A stretch of DNA of 32,000 nucleotides, taken from the NCBI GenBank assembly GCA_047651235.1, contig CP178758.1:1800001-1832000 (forward strand). The letters run 5' to 3'. The notes under the pieces were generated by a model. That model saw only the letters and a program-made list of their open reading frames with translations. It did not search any database and was not told where the DNA came from. The DNA comes from Candidatus Electrothrix yaqonensis. GTDB lineage: Bacteria; Desulfobacterota; Desulfobulbia; Desulfobulbales; Desulfobulbaceae. Every line of letters begins with the position of its first letter. The first letter of the stretch is position 1. Shown here one piece after another: positions 1-8,913 of this stretch. Position numbers and translations under genes: made by a program.

Positions 1-94
1 CTCCGATATCAGCTCCCTTGCCGTGCTGCAACAGCACAATGGCGATCAGAAACAGAGAGACCAGAATATGTGTTATAATTAGCAGGGTTTCCAT
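1..94 (-). CDS. secG: Preprotein translocase subunit SecG, first 31 codons only (gene runs off the left edge)
   Basis: Absent from the ORF track because no stop lies in the window. The reverse-strand ATG at 94-92 reads METLLIITHILVSLFLIAIVLLQHGKGADIG, a hydrophobic helix followed by the LLQxGKG motif typical of SecG. The start overlaps the tpiA stop by 16 nt, and tpiA-secG adjacency is common in bacteria. Confidence 0.75.
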   Translation of the reverse strand, partial: METLLIITHILVSLFLIAIVLLQHGKGADIG

Positions 95-846
95 GTAAAA
101 TTAATTATCCTGTCAAATGACTCGGCCTGCAGAGATGCGCCGCCCACCAAGGCGCCATCAACATCCGGCTGCGCCATGAGTCTGTCAATATTCTCAGGTT
201 TAACCGAGCCACCATACAATATCCTGACCGTATCGGCAAGAGTTTTTTCGTACAAATCATCAAGCATCCGCCGGACAAAGGCATGGGCCTCCTGAGCCTG
301 CTCCGTGGTGGCGGTTTTGCCGGTGCCGATAGCCCAGACCGGCTCGTAGGCTACCACCACCCGGCTCATTTCATCCGGGTTGACGCCTCTCAGACCCTGG
401 GTCAGCTGGTCTTCAAGAACTCTGAAGGTACGGCCTTGGTCCCGTTCCTCCAGGGTCTCGCCGATACAGAGGACGGGATCCAGATCAAAACGCAGGGCAC
501 CCAGCATACGCCGGTTAACCATCGCGTTATCTTCACCGAAATCGTGCCTCCGCTCCGAATGCCCTAAAATAACCATATCTGCTCCGGCATCATGGAGCAT
601 GGGCGGTGAGATTTCACCGGTATAAGCGCCCTCTTTGTCCCAGCAGACGTTCTGAGCCGCCACTCTGACCGGACTGTCGGCAACGGCCTGCCGGACATCG
701 GACAGAGAGATAAAGGAAGGGGCGATCATCACCTCCCGGTCGGTCAGCCCCCTGCTTGATGCGGCCACTGCCGAGGCAAGCTCTGCAGCCTCTGCTCTGG
801 TCAGGTGCATCTTCCAGTTTCCCGCAATCAACGGTTTTCGTGCCAT
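79..846 (-). CDS. tpiA: Triosephosphate isomerase
   Basis: 255-aa ORF. MARKPLIAGNWKMH at the N-terminus, plus ILGHSERR and AYEPVWAIGTGKTAT, are hallmark TIM motifs. It lies directly downstream of pgk. Confidence 0.97.
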   Translation of the reverse strand: MARKPLIAGNWKMHLTRAEAAELASAVAASSRGLTDREVMIAPSFISLSDVRQAVADSPVRVAAQNVCWDKEGAYTGEISPPMLHDAGADMVILGHSERRHDFGEDNAMVNRRMLGALRFDLDPVLCIGETLEERDQGRTFRVLEDQLTQGLRGVNPDEMSRVVVAYEPVWAIGTGKTATTEQAQEAHAFVRRMLDDLYEKTLADTVRILYGGSVKPENIDRLMAQPDVDGALVGGASLQAESFDRIINFTWKPC

Positions 847-908
847 ATTTTATCCTCCCAAGAAGATGGTATCGTTGTAAGAACCCTATTTTCGGTGCGG
901 AGTTGCAG

Positions 909-928
909 GGGCACGGCGCGCCGTGCCC
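909..928 (-). other. Perfect 20-nt GC-rich palindrome (stem-loop) in the pgk-tpiA spacer
   Basis: gggcacggcg|cgccgtgccc (909-928) is self-complementary. It is flanked by a second pair of arms, ttgcag (903-908) and ctgcaa (939-944). No U-tract follows on the transcribed (-) strand, so it looks like an intercistronic processing/stability element or a leaky terminator. The structure is certain; the function is not. Confidence 0.5.
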
Positions 929-950
929 TTACGGCATTCTGCAAAAAACG

Positions 951-2129
951 TTACCCTTCCAAAGCCGTCACACCGGGCAGTTCCTTGCCCTCCATGAGCA
1001 TGAGAAAGGCCCCGCCGCCGGTGGACATATAGGAAATATTATCCGCCTCTCCGGACAGCCGCACTGCGGCATTGGAATCTCCGCCGCCGGTGATGCTCAG
1101 GGCATGGGCTGAAGCCACGGTATGGGCCAGGGCCATCGTGCCTCTGGCAAAGGCGTCCATTTCAAAGGCGCCCATAGGGCCGTTCCAGACAATGGTCCGT
1201 GCGTCGGCCAGGACCTCAGAAAAACAGAGCACCGAGGCCGGGCCGATATCCAGAGCCATCCAGTTCTCCGGGATATCCTGGATCGTGACCTGTTTGCAGA
1301 CCGCATCCGGGGCAAAACGGTCAGCTACGATGACATCCACGGGCAGGTAGACCTTGACGCCTTTTTCCGCCGCATCGGCCAGCAGCTGACGGGCATTGTC
1401 CAGCAGGTCATCCTCCACCCTGGAAGCCCCCACCGAATATCCCTGACTTTTCAGAAAGGTATTGGCCATTGCTCCACCGATAAGCATCCGGTCCACCTTG
1501 CTCAGCATATTAGTCAGGGCCTCCAGTTTGCCGGAGACCTTGGCTCCGCCGACAATGGCGACCAGCGGTCGCTGCGGATCATCCACGGAACGATGGAAAC
1601 AGGTCATTTCTTTGTCCAACAGCAACCCGGCGCCTTTTTCCGAGCACAGGGCAGCGACTCCGACTGTTGAGGCATGGGCCCGATGGGAGACGGCAAAGGC
1701 ATCGTTAATATAGACATCAGCCAGCGCGGCCAGCTGTTTGGCGAATTCCGGCTCGTTGGCCTGCTCTTCGGCATGAAAACGCAGGTTTTCCAGCAGGATG
1801 ATTTCACCGTCGTTCATGGCGGCTACCGCGCTTTCCGCTTCCGGCCCGACGCAGTCCCGGGCCATGCGGACCGGCTTCTCCAGGATGCCGGACAGGTAGT
1901 GCGCAACCGGTGCGAGCGAATATTTTTGCACCCGCTGCCCCTTGGGGCGTCCCATGTGCGAGCAGAGGATCACCTTGGCCCCCTGCTCCAGAGCATACCC
2001 GATGGTCGGCAGGACAGTACGGATACGCAGGTCATCGGTGATTTCACCCTGGTCATTCATGGGCACGTTGAAATCCACCCGGATCAGAACCTGCTTGCCG
2101 TTGATATCAAGATCGCGAATTGTTTTCAT
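951..2129 (-). CDS. pgk: Phosphoglycerate kinase
   Basis: 392-aa ORF. It contains VLIRVDFNVP near the N-terminus and the STGGGAFLMLMEGKELPGV C-terminal motif. Length and overall pattern match PGK, and it sits between gap and tpiA. Confidence 0.97.
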   Translation of the reverse strand: MKTIRDLDINGKQVLIRVDFNVPMNDQGEITDDLRIRTVLPTIGYALEQGAKVILCSHMGRPKGQRVQKYSLAPVAHYLSGILEKPVRMARDCVGPEAESAVAAMNDGEIILLENLRFHAEEQANEPEFAKQLAALADVYINDAFAVSHRAHASTVGVAALCSEKGAGLLLDKEMTCFHRSVDDPQRPLVAIVGGAKVSGKLEALTNMLSKVDRMLIGGAMANTFLKSQGYSVGASRVEDDLLDNARQLLADAAEKGVKVYLPVDVIVADRFAPDAVCKQVTIQDIPENWMALDIGPASVLCFSEVLADARTIVWNGPMGAFEMDAFARGTMALAHTVASAHALSITGGGDSNAAVRLSGEADNISYMSTGGGAFLMLMEGKELPGVTALEG

Positions 2130-2168
2130 TGTTCATTCTTCTTTTTGTCAGGAAATTCCAATCCGTAG

Positions 2169-2238
2169 GGGCGAATCTTGTATTCGCCCTGTACTGTACA
2201 ACATGCCGCAATCAGGGGCGATCGCAAGGATCGCCCCT
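2169..2238 (-). other. Two adjacent GC-rich stem-loops in the gap-pgk spacer
   Basis: Hairpin 1 is gggcgaat (2169-2176) / attcgccc (2182-2189) with loop cttgt. Hairpin 2 is aggggcgatc (2214-2223) / gatcgcccct (2229-2238) with loop gcaag. The arms share a GGGGCGA core, and neither hairpin is followed by a U-tract on the (-) strand. Confidence 0.5.
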
Positions 2239-2245
2239 ACACCAC

Positions 2246-3466
2246 CTACACCATCCGCTCAGCCACAGAAACCGTCAAGTCACCGAGCATATTGGTATAG
2301 CTGCCCAGCTCGTTGTCGTACCAGCCATAGATGACAGCTTGGGTTACGGGAACCTCAAGAACATGAGGCCCTTGACCCGGATCAATGTTACAGCTTTTCA
2401 GATGATCAAGATTGACCTTGAGCGAAGCGGTGCGGGTATGGGTTTCTGTGGCTTCAATGACCGCTGCCGCCTCCGGAGTGCCGATAATGTCGGAAGAGAC
2501 ATTCTGTCCTTCGGAATATTTCAGGTACGGGTTGGTCTCAGCATATTCCTTGTAGATGGAATTGATCAGGTTGCGTTTCACCGGATTTTCCAGCTCGTCC
2601 TGCAGATTGAGCACCAGGACGATCAGGGAGCCGGTGGAAGTGGGCACCCGGACTGATTCGGCAATAAAGCCGATGCCTTTCATCTCCGGGATAACCAGAC
2701 CCAGAGCCTTGGCTGCACCGGTGGTGGTCAGGATGATATTATTGAGGATAGACCGATTTTTGCGCAGGTCAGTGGCTCCGGCAGCCGGAACAGCATCCAA
2801 CACCTTCTGACTGCCTGTGGCGGCATGGACTGTAACCATGGAGGCGGTCAACATCCGTCCGGCGCCGAAATGATCCATGAGCGGCTTGATCATATAGGAC
2901 AGGCAGGTGGTGGTACAGGAGGCAGCCGAGATAATGGAATGCCGGTCCGGGTTGTAATCGTCATCATTGATACCCATGACCGTGGTCACTGCATCATCCG
3001 GCATATCCAGGCCCTTGGATTTGATTTTGAACGGGGCCGAAACCATGACCTTTTCTGCACCGGCCTGGAGATGGCCGCGCACCGAGCCTCTCTGGGCGTC
3101 AGCATCAGCGGTCGGGTCTTTGAACACTCCGGTGGTATCCACCACCATGCGGATATTATTTTCCTGCCACTTGATATCCTTGGGATTGCGGGCCTCCCGC
3201 AGCACGGTGACCGGAACACCGTTCACGGTCATGGTGCCTGCAGCCTCGTTCAGGTTCTCAATCACCCGGCCTCCCTTATGACCATGCAGGTAGGTGGAAA
3301 GCCTGCCGTAGCTGGAATCTTTTTCAATGGTTGCGGCGATATCTTCTAGTCCGCTGCCGACCTGGCGGCCCAGATTGACTACAATTTCTGAAAAAAACTG
3401 ACGCGAAACATGGTGCCAGAGTGAGAGCTTTCCAATTCTGCCGAGACCGTTGATTCCCAGTTTCAT
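2246..3466 (-). CDS. gap: Glyceraldehyde-3-phosphate dehydrogenase (long, about 400-aa form)
   Basis: 406-aa ORF with the N-terminal Rossmann motif INGLGRIGK and the catalytic SAASCTTTCL (S-C-T-T) motif. Insertions make it longer than the canonical ~335-aa enzyme. It heads the gap-pgk-tpiA-secG string. Confidence 0.95.
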   Translation of the reverse strand: MKLGINGLGRIGKLSLWHHVSRQFFSEIVVNLGRQVGSGLEDIAATIEKDSSYGRLSTYLHGHKGGRVIENLNEAAGTMTVNGVPVTVLREARNPKDIKWQENNIRMVVDTTGVFKDPTADADAQRGSVRGHLQAGAEKVMVSAPFKIKSKGLDMPDDAVTTVMGINDDDYNPDRHSIISAASCTTTCLSYMIKPLMDHFGAGRMLTASMVTVHAATGSQKVLDAVPAAGATDLRKNRSILNNIILTTTGAAKALGLVIPEMKGIGFIAESVRVPTSTGSLIVLVLNLQDELENPVKRNLINSIYKEYAETNPYLKYSEGQNVSSDIIGTPEAAAVIEATETHTRTASLKVNLDHLKSCNIDPGQGPHVLEVPVTQAVIYGWYDNELGSYTNMLGDLTVSVAERMV

Positions 3467-3780
3467 AGTCGAGTTTCTCCTTTTTTCTCGTTTAATCTAA
3501 AAAATATAATCCGTATTCTATATTCTCCGAGGCTGAAGCTGCCGCAGTGAAATGTTCACAAGTAGAAGTATGACGGGACAAATCAGGATGTACTATATAT
3601 GGTATAAATCCATTTATTACAATGAAAAATCTTTTTATGGAAAATTTTTAACCGTCATTGAACAATATCCCTGCAGTGGTATTGCGTACTTGCAACGGGG
3701 GATACTTTATTGGAAACGGTCAGCTTTCAGGGGGAAATATTGGGCAGAAAACTGGATCGGAAGGGGTGGAAGGATTTTGT

Positions 3781-3816
3781 AAAAAAAGCCCCTGCCAAAA
3801 AATGACAGGGGCTTTT
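3781..3816 (-). terminator. Rho-independent terminator downstream of the DUF3800 gene (possibly bidirectional)
   Basis: The stem is agcccctg (3787-3794) / caggggct (3806-3813), 8 bp with an 11-nt loop. On the minus strand the stem is followed by T7 (the complement of the A-run 3781-3787), about 60 nt after the stop at 3874. A T4 run also follows on the plus side. Confidence 0.7.
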
Positions 3817-3873
3817 AAACTTAAATACGAAAACCGGAATGTCCGATCTCCAAAAGGTTACCAAAAGGCTATC

Positions 3874-4710
3874 TTACGGAGTTCTGAACTTGGTCCACTG
3901 GCTCTCGCCAGCATCAGTTTTACTACCGCTGTCCTGCTGTCTCCATTCGTCTATGCTTTGGTAGTGGTTAGAACCAACTGTAAAGTCTAACTGTATAGTC
4001 CCAGGAATGTAAGGATCCAGAACATCTTGAGCGATATCAGTCGTCCTTACAGTAACAAAACAGTTCTCCTTCTGGTTGCAATGACAATGAACATCCGCAG
4101 CCGCATGGTCATCAGTATTAAATATTATTCCATTGTCCACTGCCGTCAGTGTAAGGTTGAAGTCGTCAGTACACACGCCATAGGGCACACCTTCCGCATG
4201 ATGCAGCACCCGGAACCGGCAGCCTGAAGGCAGCATTCTTTTCAACACGGTCTTGACCGCCTTTTCTACAGCTGCCCGTTTCTTCTTTATCGGTATACTG
4301 TCAGTAATCACGATCAGCTCTTTCATGCTGTCCAGCTCTTCCCGCTCTTGTTCCGCAACGTGCCGGATCAGGTGCCCCAACATCCGGGGATAAAACTCTT
4401 CCGAAGCCTGCAAGGCCGGAACGATTTTGCTTTTCTCCACTATGAGCGAATCCACCCGCAAGTCTGCAATATTCTCTTTGATGATCCCGAATACCCGCTG
4501 CCGAACATGCCGGTTGTCTTGGGTGCAGTGGAAATATGAAAAGTCAAACCCGTATTCAATCAGGTCGAACTTGTATTTTCCTAATTCGTGGCAGACAGTG
4601 AAGGGGCGTTTGGTACAAACACTTGTCAGGGTGAAATACTTTGTCCCGGATGCAGCAAAATCCAGGTTCCCCCCTTCATCAAGAAAGATGTATAAACAGC
4701 CGTTGCTCAT
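3874..4710 (-). CDS. DUF3800-like protein (function unknown)
   Basis: The ORF-track entry 3874..4737 begins at a TTG. The ATG at 4710 preceded by aaggactcc is a better start and gives 278 aa. MSNGCLYIFLDEGGNLDF matches the xIDESG-type opening motif of DUF3800 proteins. I recognise no family for the C-terminal half. GC is visibly lower than in the neighbours. Confidence 0.6.
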   Translation of the reverse strand: MSNGCLYIFLDEGGNLDFAASGTKYFTLTSVCTKRPFTVCHELGKYKFDLIEYGFDFSYFHCTQDNRHVRQRVFGIIKENIADLRVDSLIVEKSKIVPALQASEEFYPRMLGHLIRHVAEQEREELDSMKELIVITDSIPIKKKRAAVEKAVKTVLKRMLPSGCRFRVLHHAEGVPYGVCTDDFNLTLTAVDNGIIFNTDDHAAADVHCHCNQKENCFVTVRTTDIAQDVLDPYIPGTIQLDFTVGSNHYQSIDEWRQQDSGSKTDAGESQWTKFRTP

Positions 4711-4992
4711 GGAGTCCTTGCAGTGTTCAGAAAACAAGAAGCCTCGTTATTATTGCCGGGAAAATTTGAAAGAGGTCTCCGGCAACGCATAGAGGATATT
4801 TTTTCAGGGGAGGATAAACAGGAGCGGGTGGGGTGTCAATGGTTCTTCAGTGGGTGAAAAAATATTCCGCCTGTATCTTTTCAGGGTAGAAAATTTGCCC
4901 CCATAACCGAAAAAGTGGGGGCAGTGTAGGGGCTGGAAGATCAAAAAAGAAAAAGGGACTCAGCTTAAAACAAGCTAATTCCCTATATATAT

Positions 4993-5068
4993 TGGTGGGC
5001 CGTGAAGGATTCGAACCTTCGACCAATTGATTAAGAGTCAACTGCTCTGCCAGCTGAGCTAACGGCCC
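4993..5068 (-). tRNA. tRNA-Lys (anticodon CTT), CCA encoded
   Basis: The reverse complement is GGGCCGTTAGCTCAGCTGGCAGAGCAGTTGACTCTTAATCAATTGGTCGAAGGTTCGAATCCTTCACGGCCCACCA. It folds as a cloverleaf: 7-bp acceptor, GCTC/GAGC D-stem, GTTGA/TCAAT anticodon stem with loop CTCTTAA (anticodon CTT), GAAGG/CCTTC T-stem with a TTCGAAT loop, and a 3' CCA. Confidence 0.93.
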
Positions 5069-5156
5069 TTATTATTGAAAGTTGAAAGGATAGCGGTTTG
5101 TTTACCACAGCATGAGCGCGACGTCAAGATTGACCTGCCGTTTTCAGGCAAAAAAA

Positions 5157-7436
5157 TTACCGATAATACAGACTCGGACTGCCCATGGTCTGCATAACCT
5201 GATACAGATGGCGGCGGAAATCCCGCCGGTCGGTGATACCCTGGATATGGCCCCGTTTCAGAGCATTTCTGGAGTCATGATAATCAGGCGGAATATCAAT
5301 ACCTGTGGTTTCTCGGATAACTCTGGGGCCGGCAAAACCGATGCGGCTGGAACGGATGGCGAACTGATACGGAGAGCATCCCAGAAAAGAGGCCACCGGC
5401 CCGGCATAGGAGTTGTTGTCATAAACCACGATATAGAGTCCGCCGGCATCGATGTATTCCCGCACCGCCATTGTACATTTGGGCATCTGAGCTACCCCCA
5501 AGGTGCCTTCCTGGATACGGATGCCGCCGGTGGTATGGATATAGGCCAGCAGGGGCCGCTTTTTACGCCGGGCTCTGTCACAGGCCCGGACAAATTTTTC
5601 CCCTTCCGCAGAACCGACCGTTCCGTTCCGGAAATCAGAAAACAACATGGTGACTACCAGGTTGATATCCTTGACCCGGGCATCAAAGGTGAGGTTGGCG
5701 CAGCCCATGCCGGTTCTTGAACGCGCTGCTTTCAGGCGCTCGTCAAATCCCTCGTAATTCAACGGGTTACGGGAAAATATCTCGTTATTGAAAATCCGGA
5801 CAGAACCTGGATCAAAAATATTCTTCAGATACCACTGATATTCAAGGGGAAAATGATAACCGCAGTTTTCGCAGACCCCGCAGAATTCACCGTACAGATC
5901 AGGGATCCAGAGGTCCTGACAGCCGTACTTTTCCGTATTAGGACAGGTGACAGTACGGTCTTCATTGGCCAGCGGACTGGTGTAGGTATCTGTCAGTTCC
6001 AGAGGATCCTGGATGAGACAGTAGTCGCCGGAGGTCTGGGGTGCACCGGGCAGCGGTCTGACAGCAGGGTGTTGTTTTTTGGCTGTTTGTCCGAACAGCG
6101 CGCTGTAGGCTGAGGTAAAGGGTGCAGTAAGCCGGTTGACCAGAGCTGTTCCTTCGCCGGAGACCTCCTTGATGGTCTTCTGCATCTGCTTCTGCCGATT
6201 TTTCAGGACATCATAGCGGAAGGTGTACCAGAGTTTTTCTGTTGCCGAATAAATGGACTTGAACAGATTCTCTGCCGGAATATTGATGACCCCGAAACTG
6301 TGCAGGCTCATAGCTCTGTATTTTTTGGAGCGTTCTTTGAGCAGCCGTTCGGTTTCCTTGTCATCCAGGTCCCAGGGGATATCAATCTGCGGCGCTTCAT
6401 CCGGGTTTTCCGCCTTTTTCCGTTTGACCTCATAGGAACGGAAGCTGTGCATACTTTTAGTCTTCAGTACTATCTCATCCGTAGCCCGGATGATTTCGGA
6501 ACGAATTCTGGCGAAAAAATTAAAATCATCGCTTTGTGCTCCCAGGAGTGGTTCATGGATGATCCGGTCAACAGTGCCGAGACGGAGGTTATCCGCTGCT
6601 GTGATATTGAGCTGCCGGGCACAGCGTTCAATCAGTTCAGGAGGAACTTTTTCCCCCTCCCCGGCTCTGCCTTCGATGGCAGCAGCACCTTCCGGCGAAA
6701 TGACCGAGTAGTAGCCGTGGGAAAACATGAGGCGGAAGTCGCTCATTCCCACAGCCTCGGCTCCGCCGGAACCGCCTTCGGAAATGACGGAAATCATGGG
6801 TACCCGCAGTTTGGCCATAGTATAGAGGTTGCGGGCGATCTGCTGGGCTGCTCCGGGATATTCCTCCACCGGATAGGAACCGGGCGTGAAAATATAAAAA
6901 TGAATAGGAATGCCTTCGGTTTCCGCCACCTTCATGTAGCGCATGGCCTTTTCATTACCCCAAGGTTTGCAGGAACCGCCGTTGCGGAACTCCTCGCCGT
7001 GGCCGACTTCCTGACCGATGATCATCACCGGTGAGGTGTAGGGTTTTCTTTTAATCCGCCGGACAATATTGGCCTTTGCCACTACCAAGGCCGGATCAAT
7101 ATTGGCTTCTCCTTCGCCACCAAGTTCGGTATGTTCCTCATAGACGTTTTCCAGAATATCCTTGAGGGAGAACCGGAGCGGCGAGCGGACAATCCGGACC
7201 CGCTCCATCGGAGTCAGCCCCTCTTCGCAGCGTTCTTCCAAAAAACGGACAGCATCTTCCAGCCTGTCAAGACGTGCACTGAGCTTTTCCTCATCCAGGT
7301 CAAAGACAGTATTTTTCAGCTGTTCGGCTTTATCCCGGAACTCATGGAGATTTCCCCATTTGTCGTTGTCCTTGATATGAATCAGATAACCGATGCGCCG
7401 GTCAATCTCCTGGAGTTGTTTGATAAGGTCGTTCAT
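5157..7436 (-). CDS. Acetyl-CoA carboxylase carboxyltransferase, single polypeptide with an AccA-like N-terminal half and an AccD-like C-terminal half
   Basis: 759-aa ORF. Residues ~100-330 align by eye with AccA (PVMIIGQE..., FIFTPGSYP, ARNL, VISEGGSGGA, YSVISPEGAAAI, IIHEPLLGA). Residues ~470-759 align with AccD: a Cys-rich zinc-ribbon region CPNTEKYGC...FCGVCENCGYHF, then GTVGSAEGEKF and RIGFAGPRVIRETTG. A linker of about 130 aa joins the two halves. Confidence 0.9.
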   Translation of the reverse strand: MNDLIKQLQEIDRRIGYLIHIKDNDKWGNLHEFRDKAEQLKNTVFDLDEEKLSARLDRLEDAVRFLEERCEEGLTPMERVRIVRSPLRFSLKDILENVYEEHTELGGEGEANIDPALVVAKANIVRRIKRKPYTSPVMIIGQEVGHGEEFRNGGSCKPWGNEKAMRYMKVAETEGIPIHFYIFTPGSYPVEEYPGAAQQIARNLYTMAKLRVPMISVISEGGSGGAEAVGMSDFRLMFSHGYYSVISPEGAAAIEGRAGEGEKVPPELIERCARQLNITAADNLRLGTVDRIIHEPLLGAQSDDFNFFARIRSEIIRATDEIVLKTKSMHSFRSYEVKRKKAENPDEAPQIDIPWDLDDKETERLLKERSKKYRAMSLHSFGVINIPAENLFKSIYSATEKLWYTFRYDVLKNRQKQMQKTIKEVSGEGTALVNRLTAPFTSAYSALFGQTAKKQHPAVRPLPGAPQTSGDYCLIQDPLELTDTYTSPLANEDRTVTCPNTEKYGCQDLWIPDLYGEFCGVCENCGYHFPLEYQWYLKNIFDPGSVRIFNNEIFSRNPLNYEGFDERLKAARSRTGMGCANLTFDARVKDINLVVTMLFSDFRNGTVGSAEGEKFVRACDRARRKKRPLLAYIHTTGGIRIQEGTLGVAQMPKCTMAVREYIDAGGLYIVVYDNNSYAGPVASFLGCSPYQFAIRSSRIGFAGPRVIRETTGIDIPPDYHDSRNALKRGHIQGITDRRDFRRHLYQVMQTMGSPSLYYR

Positions 7437-7509
7437 TATACGATAAAAATGGAAAGGAAAGAAAGAGCAACGTCAGCAGCCAGCTGAGGAAACAAAGAAG
7501 GTGGTTGTA

Positions 7510-8913
7510 TCAGAAAGTCAGCAGGCGATCAAGATTTTCCCGCAGATACTCCAGATTGGTCAGAATGGATTCGCCGGAGCTGTTGATCCCTTCAATCCGG
7601 CAGGCATCGATAAACTGCCGGGCTCGGTCTTTGGCCTGGTCCATACTGTCTCCCCAGACCAGGGCCAGGGCAAGATTGGGATCATATTCACTGGGAATGG
7701 GATAGGGACGGTCAGCCGGTACATGACTGTACATGGCCGACCATTTGTACTGCGGCATGTCAAAACGGGTGATGGTGCCGATCCAGGGAGCAAAATCCCG
7801 CCGGGTGTTTTCCGCCACGATCCGCAGTTCAATGCTTGCCCCCTGAAAAACCACCTCGCTCTGCCGATAGCCCATAGGTTCTTCCAGAGCAAGACGGATC
7901 TGTTCCCGCAGCAGGTTGGGATGCTTGCCGTTCAGATAGCTAATCCGGGCCGAGACATCGTTTTCCACCTGAATACGGGTGTTAACCTCCAGCAGATATG
8001 GTCTGCCGCTCCGGCTGACAATCCATTCCCAGGTCCCGACATTATCGTATTTGACATAATCGGCCAGTTTCAGAGAATATTCGACAACGCTGTCCAGCAC
8101 CTTTTCAGCATCAAAATCATACTTAAAACAGGAAGTATGGAAACCGGGAGCGGCCTCCACCCGTTTCTGCCGCCCGGTAGACTGGATCGTGCAGTTACGG
8201 GTCCCGAAATGAATCCGTTCGTCATGCCGGGAGCAGACCAGCTGCACTTCAAGATGATTAAAATCGCAGAGCCGCTGTTCGATAAGTACGCCGCCGTCGC
8301 CGAACTGCCGCTTGGCATAGTTCTGCACCTGCCGGTAGACCCGGCGGAACTGCCCGATCCGGTTGACTTCCTCGATCCCCATGCCGCCGCCCCCGGCTGC
8401 GGCTTTGATCAGCACGGCCGGGTTTGGCTCGTTTTCCTCTTTCTGGACATCAAAGATATGCTGGGCAATTTCTTCAGCTTCCATCTCATTGTAGATAGGC
8501 GCTGAAGTGCCGGGGATGGTCGGTATACCCAGCTTATTGGCAACGCGTTTGGTGTTGATTTTATCCCCGAGATCCCGGATGACCTCCCAGCTCGGCCCGA
8601 TAAAGACAAGAGGCCGGTCACGGATGGTCACCCGGCGGGCAAAGCGGTAATCTTCGGAAAAGAAGCCGTATCCGGGATGGACTGCTGTACAGCCAGTGTG
8701 ATCGGCAATAGCCAGCAGATCATTGGGATCAGTGTAGCTGGCCACCCGCCAGGCATTCTGCGCCGGTCCGTTGAGCCGGTTGCGCTGCACATGTTCGGAG
8801 TCCCGGTCTGCATCCGTGTAGATAACTGTATATTCAAGCCCGATATCCTCACAGGCCTCCATAATGCGGATGGCGATTTCCCCGCGGTTCGCAATCAGTA
8901 CTTTGCCGTGCAC
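7510..8913 (-). CDS. accC: Biotin carboxylase
   Basis: 467-aa ORF. It shows MHGKVLIANRGEIAIRIMEA, an ATP-grasp core (IKAAAGGGGMGI) and LEVNTRIQVE. Length is typical for AccC, and it lies immediately upstream of the carboxyltransferase gene on the same strand. Confidence 0.93.
   Translation of the reverse strand: MHGKVLIANRGEIAIRIMEACEDIGLEYTVIYTDADRDSEHVQRNRLNGPAQNAWRVASYTDPNDLLAIADHTGCTAVHPGYGFFSEDYRFARRVTIRDRPLVFIGPSWEVIRDLGDKINTKRVANKLGIPTIPGTSAPIYNEMEAEEIAQHIFDVQKEENEPNPAVLIKAAAGGGGMGIEEVNRIGQFRRVYRQVQNYAKRQFGDGGVLIEQRLCDFNHLEVQLVCSRHDERIHFGTRNCTIQSTGRQKRVEAAPGFHTSCFKYDFDAEKVLDSVVEYSLKLADYVKYDNVGTWEWIVSRSGRPYLLEVNTRIQVENDVSARISYLNGKHPNLLREQIRLALEEPMGYRQSEVVFQGASIELRIVAENTRRDFAPWIGTITRFDMPQYKWSAMYSHVPADRPYPIPSEYDPNLALALVWGDSMDQAKDRARQFIDACRIEGINSSGESILTNLEYLRENLDRLLTF

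Noticed and set aside
3766-3776. A possible att-type direct repeat of the tRNA-Lys 3' end: gtggaaggatt against gtgaaggatt at 5002-5011.
   Set aside because: Only about 10 nt match, with an indel, and there is no extension into the acceptor arm and no integrase. This is compatible with chance.
7501-8505. A 334-aa plus-strand ORF opposite accC, and 6300..7034(+) opposite the carboxyltransferase gene.
   Set aside because: These are antisense shadows in GC-rich coding DNA. accC and the AccA-AccD fusion have unambiguous motifs on the minus strand.
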